Assembly (NCBI GenBank): GCA_000182565.2
Contig: KQ257450.1
Length of the DNA stretch: 64,000 nt
Strand: one strand, 5' to 3'
From: Spizellomyces punctatus DAOM BR117
Lineage: Eukaryota
Made by a program: the position numbers and the translations under genes. Positions 53,632 to 64,000 of the stretch are shown piece by piece. A model generated the notes under the pieces. It was given only the letters and a program-made list of their open reading frames with translations, was not told where the DNA came from and did not search any database. Each line of letters begins with the position of its first letter. Positions within the stretch are counted from its first letter, which is position 1.

Positions 53632-55286
53632 ATGCAGAACGTCCGGGTGCTTGCAGGTCGTCACAGAATGTCACGTCCTGCGGATCTCCCCTTGCCTCCC
53701 GGTCCGAGCAGGAGAAAGAAGCGGGACAGGTACTTGCACGCTATGCTTGCTGCTTCCAAATCATGAGAAAACCGTTGATTAAATCGAAATGTCTTGTGTG
53801 TGTTGCAAGCAGGCCAAAGACCACGGGGAAACAATCTCAGCAAAACGCATCGAATTCCACGTTGTCTCGTACTCCCTCAACACTAAGCCGCCGATCTGCT
53901 TATGATCACCTTCATCGTTCCTCCTTTGCCGACTTGTGTCAGTTCCTCCGCGACTTCCTTGCCTATCCACGTCCATCGCGGAAATCATCACGTCGAGTGA
54001 GGCGGAAAAGATCTACGGCGAATGGACAAGCTCCTCTTTCTCAGCAGGACACGACCGCTACTGCCTCGGTGGTGGTAGTGTCCTCTGTTCCTTCTCGAAA
54101 GGATTTAGTCGATGACCAATGCACAGTCGCACGTAAACCGTCTACCGAGAGTAGATCTCGGGGCGGCAAGTCACTGTCAATACGAGCGCCGAGCATCAGC
54201 CTCCGTCGAAAACGCCCAACGACGACGAGCATTGACAATGGGAGAAACGGCAGTTCAGTAGATTTATCGCTTTCAACAAGCAGTTTACCCGAACAGGCTC
54301 AGACTGCAACACTTGAAGAGCAGTTGCGGGACTTGGCACTGAATCAACGAGATTCCTTTTCTTCAGCGACTACATCAGCGCCTTCCACAACAGCAGGCAG
54401 CATGTTGCTGAGCGGGTTGACATTATACGATGAACAAGTCCATGAAGACGAAACCAATACTGTAGTGAGTTTACCTCTTTCCCCTCCGCCCAAACCTCTT
54501 CCACGCTCCGTCACCCGCATGCAGTCATCACCATCAATGTCGGCCCTTGCTCAAATGCCGCCACGTCCTCGTGACAATGATGCTCTACCGAGTGCCGGAA
54601 GCAGGATGTTTTCACTAGACAGAGAGAGCATAGACACCATGGTTCCGCGACGTAGCACAGCCAGCTGCTCAATGCCGGTTCGTCATGCTACACCTAAAAA
54701 GAATGTTGTGGAAACCATGCGAAACATTCGACGCAGCATATCATCCTTTTCTCTCTTTCGTGCGCGAAATCAGCAGGGACAGTCGCTTAAAGGCAATTCA
54801 ATGGATTGGGAGACTCTGGATGCGACTCCTCCAAAGCTCAGAACGGGAGAACCGCGAACGTCAATGGTCATTAATGACATTTCACGGGATACCGCGGTTG
54901 TACCAGGGTCTTCATATGCCCAGTGCCTAGCGTCTCTTGCTGACGAGGATGCATCGGACTCTGATATCAGCGTGCTAGTCATTGATGATAGAGAAAGCGA
55001 CGATGATGATAGCTCCTCAGTGATTATTCACCAGCCATCCGAGGGATTAATTCGAAAATCTATTTCGGAGCCTCGTATGCGTGGACCCTGTTGTAGTCAT
55101 CAGAAGCCCACCAAGGATTCATCTTGGTCCTACGTGCAAGAATCTACGGACATGTCCTTTGATCGCAAGGGACACACATACTATTGCGGTGCGTGTGATG
55201 GTGCGCATAGTAAAGACAAGGACGTGCTTCCAAGGCCGCCACCCTGGAGAGTTCTTTGGAAGAGGCTCAATCGTGTAAATGAATGA
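53632..55286 (+). CDS. Hypothetical Ser/Arg-rich, largely disordered protein
   Basis: 507-codon open frame 53763-55286. Probable short first exon from ATG 53632 with donor at about 53730. No recognisable domain. Confidence 0.65.
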
Positions 55287-55434
55287 ATATTCTTACTAAC
55301 TAGTGTTAGATATTGTAGATCTAGATTAAAATCACAGTGTGTATGTACATAGAAGTTTGCACCTAAATAAATGGTGCTAGGTATCTTATATGCTTTTTCA
55401 TGTGGAGGTTGACCGTTGACGGTGGTTGGATGAA

Positions 55435-56475
55435 TCATTGAGCGTCCACAAGGACCACCGAGAGCGCACCTATGGACAATAGGAATGGCAAGAAGCGTCC
55501 ACGAAGTATGAAGCCGACATTTTGTTGTTGGGTTACAGGTGGACTCCACCCGTCGCCGGCAGAAGCTGAGCAGTTGCGAGCCTTTGGATCTGTCGATGTC
55601 ACTCGCATGACACTATCTGGGACGTACCCGCTCCCGCCCTGTCGTGTGCCAGCACTTTTTGGAGCGACAAGGTTCCCTTGTGAGGATGCTGAAATGGAAA
55701 TTCCAGTCTGCATGTGAAAGGATCAAAGCATTAGCCTTGCACTAGCAAGAGGAATATCTATAACTCCCACCTGTATGACACTCGAGCCATCTACAAAATC
55801 CACCTTGACATCCATCAGTTCTCCATCAATGTTCAGTCCCACTCCAACCCATCCGTTGGCTGCATTTCGCTGGAGGGCCTTGAACGAGTCCACAGTCCGC
55901 ACTGACAATCCTACGACGGGCAAGATGGGTTTCTCGACTCTAATCTCCAACCAATCCACCGTGCTTCCTTCAGTCACGAGGTACCGCATGTCGTTCAAGG
56001 AGGTTGCAGGACACGGCACGATTTGCCACGATATTTGGACTTTTCCAACATTTGGATCCGCGATCTGAGCAAATGTATCGGGGGATACATCTAAATCTCC
56101 TCTTGAGCAGCCTGGGCATTTATCTGTCATGCGAGCTGTGACGGTTGCGCCTGTCGGCCCTGTGATCTTTTAATAACAGTTGTTTTTAAAAAATGATCGT
56201 AGTTGTTAACTTTTTCCGCTGGAATGCCACACCTCGACGCAAGCCCCACACAATTCGCTCCCCATGTACTGCTCATGATTGACTGCAACAATATATCGCT
56301 GTGATTCTTCTTTAGGTGGTTCTATGGGGTATTGCAGGCCAGCTGCATCGAATCCGCACGCTCCCTGTCCGATCCACGGCGTGTAATGGGTCATGCATCC
56401 ATATTGGGCCTGTGTTGCGGAAACGATGCAAGGTAGTGATAGAATGAAAAAGATGAGGTTCTTGGACAAGGACAT
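55435..56475 (-). CDS. Secreted expansin-like protein (DPBB + CBM63-like domain) with hydrophobic C-terminus (spliced)
   Basis: Signal peptide, THY...GACG, IVAVN...CGACVE|ITGP, TDKCPGCSRGDLDVSP..F..IA, ISWQIVPCP, EGST..WLEIRV, C-terminal FLPFLLSIGALSVVLV. Confidence 0.85.
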
Positions 56476-57161
56476 GAGTGATTAAGGATGAGTAGGATTG
56501 ACATGTCCTTTGTTGATCGTTGTCTTTTTGCACAGCAGCCCTTTGGACTTTAGTCAAAAAAGTTTTATAAATTTTGATGTCCCCAAAAGCCCATTTAGAA
56601 AAGCAACGCGGCTTTTGCGGACATGTTTGGCCGAGGATGCTTTTTAAACATTCTTGTTATTTGGAAATATCATCACAATGCATAACGTATTTGATTGACA
56701 AAGACTTTTCATCGTCGTCGTTGCAGGTTGTCATAAAGGGGACTTAATCCGATAATCATTCCGCCCATGACAAGGAACTTTTATGGCATGGAATCGCAAT
56801 GATACAGCAACGAGCCCCTCAGTCTGTCTGGAACTTGGACCTCTTAATATTTGAAATCTTGATATGTGATGACAACAAGAATGCTTTACCTACACTCTAC
56901 GCCCAAATGTTGGAATTGAGGTCGTCCTTGGCTTTTGGACATCCAATAGCAACTTTGCCGAATTATGCTTACGTAACACAGTGCTAAACCACTGCAAGTT
57001 GCCATGACAATAGTGGGTAAGTCCAAGAGCGAAACTTGGCCGATCGTACAGAGCTTCACAGCTACCTGCTGGCAAAAAGTTCAGCAAAGGGAGACCTACG
57101 GCTTGCTTTCTTTTGAACTCGCTGCCTCCATTCCCCAGTTGCTCATTGAACTGCGAGGTGG

Positions 57162-60100
57162 ATGAATATGGGCAACCCGGCCGACATTCCTGACTATGTC
57201 GATATCGTGGGTGACGAAGACGAGGACCATGCACCGACAATGTTGACGGCTGCACAACTCGAGTTACCTTGGGAAGAGTTTGTTCCACATGTTTTTATTC
57301 CGGGCGTTGGCGCATCTAGTACGCGCAGGAGGGTATCTGTTCTTAAAGGACTCGCAAAGAAGATCAGTTCCGAGGGTGGGTTCGTTCTTGGCTGGTGTGC
57401 GGTATATTGTTAGATACCAACACCTTATCTTCCAATAGACTTTGCGGATGCACTCCTCCCTGCTATTGTACAGCACCTCCTCTTGACGGTGCCTCGGTTT
57501 GAGGACACGGCCTCGCGGAAAGCTGTTTACGCTGTTCTACAGGCCTTGTTTGAAAAGGCTCAGGCCAAAACTGGTCAGCCGCTAGATGCGCCGTTCATGA
57601 AAGGAACAGCAAAACTGTTGGAGAGAGAGTTGAAGGGCAACATGTGAGTTTTTATAAACTCATGATAGTGAAGGCAAGATCGCGTTTGACGTTCAATGTT
57701 TCGTTACAGCTCGACGATGGCCCCCTCGATACTGTACAATTACGCATCTTGGACTGCCCGCCTTATCCGATTCTTATTGTCATCGTCCTCAGCTTCCAAG
57801 CCAGATCTGTCGACCTATAGCGCGTCATATGTGTGGAAAACTTTGCTTGGGCTCCATGTGACATTACTTGATGCATCTGCGACTTCGGATGGATGCCGTA
57901 GCAAAGTCATGTTTGGCAGGACTGTTATTGCTACAGAAAAGGCTGTGCGGAGTGCTGGAGCGGAGGGTATCGATCTGATATTAGGAACGTTGTTAACGCC
58001 GTCGGTGGTGGATGGCAAGGAGGGCACAAAAGGTTGTGTGCTCCTTGGACATTGTCTAAAGGTTGCGATAGAGAGCAACTATTTGGATGTCGTCGATAAA
58101 TACAAGGTTGGTATACACTTGGTCCACTTTCAACTTAAGGAAACCTGACTTCTTACTGTTTTGCAGAGCGCCGTCATTACCTTCTACACCAAAGCTATCC
58201 TACCCTCCCGAGCAGCTGTCCCTGTACCGTATCTCACCAGCCTGTCTACATTCTTCCAGCACTACATCACACCGGACGTTTTTCAAGAGATCGTTGCGGC
58301 CGGTGAGCGCTTATTGCTCCGGTCTCCGGAAGTTGTTATTCGAGTTCTTGATCACACTGTCCGCCACGTGCAATTTGACCTCAGTAGTATTTTCCGCGCA
58401 AAGTTTGCTGATACGTTGCTCAACAACATGAAATCGACGAATGAGGTTGTTCGCTTTGATGCAGCGAATTTCTTCCAGACGCTCTGTTCCAAGAGTGCCG
58501 ACGAAGGAGAGCTTGCGAAGGTTGTAGATGTTGCTATAAAGGCTTTTGGGAGCAAGGCACCTTCTGCTGAACAGAGACAAATGTATTATACCGCATTATC
58601 CCAAATACCAACACTCCCTGCAGTTTCTCGGAAATTGATCGAGAGTGCACCTACCCTCTCCACTAAAGAGTCAAACGAGACTTCCTTACACGTGTTATTC
58701 CAAGCCTTAGCCCCGCATGTTCATGGATATTTAACATCACCGTCGCCCGATGCAAAGGTCGTCACCTCCCTCCTGCAGTATCTAACATCTGGAGTCAGCG
58801 ACGCGAAAAGTGGAACGCGGCGAGCATTTTTGGGATTATTGGCAAATGCTGTCAAGGGTGGTGCTCTAGTGGCGGTGCATGATGGGCTTTCGAAACTTGT
58901 TGATGCTGTCATCAAGATTGTTGGGAAAGTGCAGGCGGCTGGAGTAGCGTTGCTGGATCCGAAGAAGGAGACTCCCGCGCTCGTCGAAGGATACTATGGC
59001 GTGGGATGGCTACAAGAGGTGGTTCAATGGGAACGTGGGCAAAAGAAAGTTGTCGTTGGTGAGTGATGCGATGGATTGGCTGTAACAAATAGCGCGATTT
59101 GCCGATTCACCATGGGTTACAACTTTTTCTATCTAGGAGCTGATTTGGAGAAAACGTCCTTCTTCGCCAATCTCCTTACTTCCCCACCGCAAAAATCATT
59201 CTTACTAAACGACAAGTTTTACACTAAGCTGCTACCAACAGTCGATGAGCAGCGACAGTTTATGCGCGTTGTTATTGCAATCGTTGAGAACGACGAATGG
59301 TTCAATATGGCAGGCGCATCGGATAGTACGAAAAACCAGCTCTCCTTGGCAGCAGCTCTTACATGGGGGTTGGTCCAGTCTGCTCACCATCAAATCCGTC
59401 GGGAAACGTATGCGGCCGTGTCGCGGATGGTAAAGACAAACAACGTCGGGCTATTGCAGCGTTTGGTGAGATTAGTACGACTCGGCCTTGGCAATGTTAT
59501 TGCTGTTACGGGAGTCAAGGCACGGGATCCTCTCGGATGGAACGACAAACTTTCAAGAAGTTCTGAAAAGTTTGGGCATCGGGCTTTTGGTGCGCTTTGT
59601 GCAGTCTTGCCATCCGCCTCAGAAGAGGAAGACCATACTGTCGAATGGCGTCAGGCCGTGGAGAAGAGTCTAATGGACCTTGCTGTTTTGACTTGTCATT
59701 CGTCAATTACTGAGGTTATGGGGGAGGATATCTGGATCCGACTGTGTTTCCGCGCCGCTTTGGGACCTCACATCGTGGACGAATATGGCGGGATATACAT
59801 CAAGAAATGGTTGACCCAGGACCAATGTGATGATGTGGGCGAAGGAGGACTCGGAGAACTCGTCCCCGACACTATTCGACAGGCGACATTGTCCGCATTG
59901 GTTCTTTTCACTGACGTTGCAACGGAAGCCGTTGTTCGGGAAGCGATTCCGTGGTGCTTGGCGATTATGGATAATGACGATGTCAAACAGGTGACTCCGA
60001 CAGATGTAGACATATGGGCAACACCAGAGGGCACGCTCTTCCATGATCCGACAGCGAAAAAGGGCGCGGGACGAGCGGAAGATCGACCGAGAACAGCTGA

Positions 60101-63100
60101 AGAGAAATGGGAGCGGGAGCTGAGAAAAGAGCTGGAAAAGAAAGGGAAAGGGGGTGCGAAATCAGAAAAGCTGAGTAAGGCCGATCGTGAACTCCAGCAA
60201 CAGCAATTGGAGAAGGAGAGCCAAATCCGTCGGCGCGTTGGGATCATTCGTCGCAAGGTTTTGACCGGCCTGGACGTGCTTGATGCTGTAATCGACGGAG
60301 TGAGGAAAAGTGTCGGCGAAGAAGCACGAGAAGCGTTTGGCCAGTCGGTTGGCGATGTGGTACGTGTGCTTTTGGGTGAAGTGATCACGAGAGAGTTGGT
60401 TGTAGCCGGGAAGACATCAAATGGATCACTAGGCCCAGTATTAGCGGGGAAAAGGGCTATCGATACCTTTGCCAACTTGGGAGTTGTGGTGGGTAACAGA
60501 CTGGATGGATTGGTGGAGCCACCAACTCTTGCCATGGCAATCTTGAGAGCCATAGGAGTCATTGAAGGGAATGAAGGTGTAGAGCAGAGATTCTGCAAGC
60601 GGAGTGTTGCAGGTAACCTTGCGTGATGCGTGAGTGCTGTAAGACCAATTAGTTAACCGTTGGATTCGCACAGACTTTGCAGCCAATGTGCTGGGCAGCT
60701 TGAAGGAGCTTTACTCTGTTTCAGATCTTTTCGAGCCACCAACATTTGCCTACCTCTTTCCACTTCTCCGTGCGATCGTTCTCCGCCAAGGCCGAATCGG
60801 AACTTTGAACGAGCGAGCCGTCACTGACTTGGTCATGACCGCCTCTGATGTCCTTTTAGCCCATTGTGGTCTCGCGTCTACACCCGTTGTTCCTCGTCGT
60901 GAAATGCTGAGGTGCTTGTTAGAAATGCTGGGACGATACCCCCGGTTGCGCGGTGCCGGGCGGGAAGGCCTTTTGACTTTGGCTTTTGCGGTCGGTGCTG
61001 GTGACCATGATGAGGACGCCGACGAGAATGGTGAAACAACGAATGGTGATTCGGCTCAAACTGATGTGGAAGCTGTTGTTCGGGAACTTCTTGATGGTCT
61101 TTTGAGCTCAGAGGAAGCTGTACGCGAGAGTTGTCTTATGGCTCTATCGCATCTTCCAGTTCCTAGCGGCATTTCGGATCTGTTTGATGTCAGAGTATGG
61201 GTGGCCAAGTTTGATGAAATTGAGGACATCAGGAAACATGCGGACGCGCTGTGGGATGAATGGAATGGTGATTCGACCATTGAGTTTGAGGGTGTTCCGA
61301 GGCTGGTCGAGCTGGCTGGTGAGCCCCATGTTTTGTTCGTATCATAAGTCGATCATGTCTTTTAAAGTCCTGCAATAGTGTACAAGGTTGAAGCAGTACG
61401 CACAAGTGCCGGTCGCGCGCTATCGGGTGCCTTGAAAGAATACCCAGACGCAGTTACAGCAACGTTGGAGGATCTTTATCGCACTTATACGGAAAAGGTA
61501 AACACGTGCTCGTACTGACACGCAAGTGGGTTGTGAGATGCTGACAGAAAACCTTGCATTTTTCATAGGTTGCAATTCCCGAACCTGAATATGACGATTA
61601 CGGGATGGTAATACCAGAGTCGCTGAACAAACCTGATGAATGGGAGGCTCGAGCTGGCGTCGCTTATGCGTTGCAATCATGCGTTCCTGTCATCACGGAT
61701 CTGGAGCCCATTCAAAAGCTGTTCCATTTCTTGATTGAAGGCGAGGCTCTGGGGGACCGAAACGAAAGAGTGCAGCGGCTGATGCTGGACGCGGGGTTAG
61801 CGGCGGCGAATGCTGGCGGTAAAACCCATGTACGAGAGTTATTGGAGGTCATCGACAGTTATCTTTCGAAGCCCGCTATGGCGTCGGAAACGCACGATCG
61901 GATCCGAGAATCGTGTGTCATTCTTTTGGGCACATTAGCACAGCACTTGGAACCGACAGATCCATTGATTCCCGAGGTGATTGCCAAGTTAATGGACACT
62001 CTCAAAACGCCATCAGAGACTGTGCAAGTCGCGGTGTCGGAATGTTTACCTGCTCTCGTCAAAGTCAACAAGCAGGGCGCCCAAAAGCTGGTCGAGCAGT
62101 TATTACATCAACTATATACGTCGCAAAAGTACGGTGAACGACGAGGTGCAGCTTATGGTCTGGCGGGAGTTGTCAAAGGATGTGGAATATCATCTTTGAA
62201 AGATTACCAAATAATGTCAAGCTTGAAGGAGGCTGTGGAAGACAAGAAACGGGTCGAGAAGAGAGAGGGGGCACTTTTCGCCTTTGAGACGCTTTCGCAA
62301 ACCCTCGGGCGATTGTTCGAGCCGTACGTCATTCAGATCTTGCCGTTGTTGCTTGTTTGTTTCGGTGATAATAGCCGCGAGGTTCGGGAAGCGACTGAGG
62401 ACGCATGTCGTGTCATCATGTCAAAACTCTCAGCACATTGTGTCAAACTGGTTTTGCCCAGTCTTTTGAATGGACTGGAGGATAAGAATTGGCGGACAAA
62501 GACTGGAAGTATTGATGTGCTTGCCAGCATGGCCTTCTTGGCACCGAAGCAGCTCAGCGTAAGTCTGCCAACTGTGGTCCCCAGGCTTTGCGATGTCCTG
62601 GCGGATTCACATGCCAAGGTTCAAGAATCTGCAAAACAAGCTTTGAACCAATTCGGAAATGTGATCAAAAATCCTGAGATTCAAGCCCTCGTCCCTGTGC
62701 TGCTGGCGGCTCTTGTTGATCCAAACGGCAAGACCAGCGCAGCCTTATCAGCACTGCTAGATACGGCGTTTGTGCACTATATTGATGCACCTTCTCTAGC
62801 GCTGTTGGTGCCTATTTTGCATCGTGGTCTGAAAGAACGCGGCACCGATATCAAGAAGAAGGCGGCGCAGATCATGGGTAACATGGCGAGTTTGACTGAT
62901 CCCAAAGATCTGGTTCCCTATTTGCCGACACTGATGCCAGGATTGAAGGAGGTATTGGTCGATCCTGTGCCAGAGGCGCGCGCAACGGCGGCAAAGGCAT
63001 TCGGAAACATGGTCGCAAAGCTCGGGGAGGACAATTTCCCTGGGTTGGTGGGCGAACTTCTTGACACCTTGAAGAGCGATACTAGTGGGGTAGACCGTAG

Positions 63101-64000
63101 CGGTGCTGCACAAGGGCTTAGTGAAGTCATTTCTGGGCTTGGTCTGGAGAGGCTGGAAGGTCTTCTACCAGAGGTTGTTGCCAATGCGGACAGTCCAAAG
63201 GCGTACGTTAGGGAAGGATTCATGACACTGCTAGTCTACTTACCTGCCACACATGGCGAAAAGTTCCAGCCATATCTGGGTACTATTATTCCATCGGTGT
63301 TGCGGGGGTTGGCTGATGAAAGCGAACCTGTGCGAGATGCCTCTATGAAAACCGGTCAGATGATTGTTCGGAACTATGCTACAAGGGCCGTGGATCTTCT
63401 TCTTCCTGAGCTTGAGCGAGGCTTGTTTGACGAAAATTGGCGCATAAGGCAAAGTTCCGTTCAGCTTATGGGTGACCTCTTGTACCGTATTGCGGGTGTA
63501 TCTGGCAAGGTTGAGCTGGAGACGCCAGAAGATGAAGGTCTTGGTACGGAACATGGACGACAAGCTCTTGTCCACGCTTTGGGCAAGGAACGATTCGACA
63601 AGGTCCTTGCCAGTTTGTATGTTGCACGTGCGGATGCAAGTGCCATCGTCCGACAAGCATCTTTGCACGTCTGGAAGAGCATCGTGTCTAACACGCCCCG
63701 TACGCTCAAGGAGATCCTACCAATCATGATGGACATTCTTGTAGCGAGTCTCGCGAGTGAGAATGTAGACAAACGTGGATCTGCTGCACGGTGCCTGGGA
63801 GACCTTGTTCGCAAGTTGGGTGAGAGCATTCTGAGCGAGTTGCTCCCGATTTTGGAGAAAGGTTTGGATTCAGACCGTGAAGAAATTCGGCAAGGTGTCT
63901 GTGTTGCTATGACGGAGATCATGGCGTCTGCTGGAAAGACCCAGGTCGTGGAATTCGTTGGCGATTGTGTGGGACTGGTCAGGAAGGCGTTGGTGGACGA
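57162..64000 (+). CDS. GCN1: eIF2-alpha kinase activator GCN1 (HEAT repeats), 5' part; runs off window
   Basis: DIWATPEGTLF, EEKWERELRKEL, ALGDRNE.V...ML, LKTPSETVQVAVSECL, YGERRGAAYGLAGVVKG, REGALFAFE, WRTKTGSI, HYIDAPSLAL, LVDPVPEARATAAKA, NWRIRQSSVQL.GDLL. Confidence 0.95.

Noticed and set aside
59768-60598. 276-aa antisense ORF inside GCN1 (similar ones at 48574-49242 and 25893-26306)
   Set aside because: Shadow ORFs on the opposite strand of long coding exons, with no independent features.

Overview
This is a gene-dense, intron-rich eukaryotic window from a fungus. Introns are mostly 50-90 nt GT-AG, and there is one 100-N assembly gap at 23162-23261. LYS1, Sho1 and a PacC-like factor point to fungi, and the style suggests an early-diverging, chytrid-like lineage (inferred, not verified). 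I assembled about 22 protein-coding genes by eye. Housekeeping genes: NOB1, LYS1, a TBC1D5-like RabGAP, synaptojanin/INP5x, GAA1, RPS2, PGM, NAA25/MDM20, UBXN7/Ubx5, a NDUFAF8-like twin-CX9C protein, PRP28, PNG1 and GCN1 (partial). Less ordinary elements: (1) one gene model joining an EF-hand pair, a STE20 kinase, a Pro-rich linker and a RhoGEF DH-PH module; (2) a KCNH/HCN-like 6TM channel with a long intact S4, no GYG filter and a degenerate cyclic-nucleotide pocket; (3) a PNGase fused to a legume-type lectin domain; (4) a highly codon-biased stand-alone C-Ala/DHHA1-like protein head-to-head with RPS2; (5) a PacC/Rim101-like zinc-finger protein with an altered recognition helix and TVR repeats; (6) a Sho1 gene split by the gap. 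Also present are 6- and 10-nt microexons, a likely GC-AG intron, and recurrent TCACGTG, ATGACTCAT and RRPE-like promoter motifs. No rRNA, tRNA or CRISPR array was recognised. All exon boundaries are manual inferences without transcript data.
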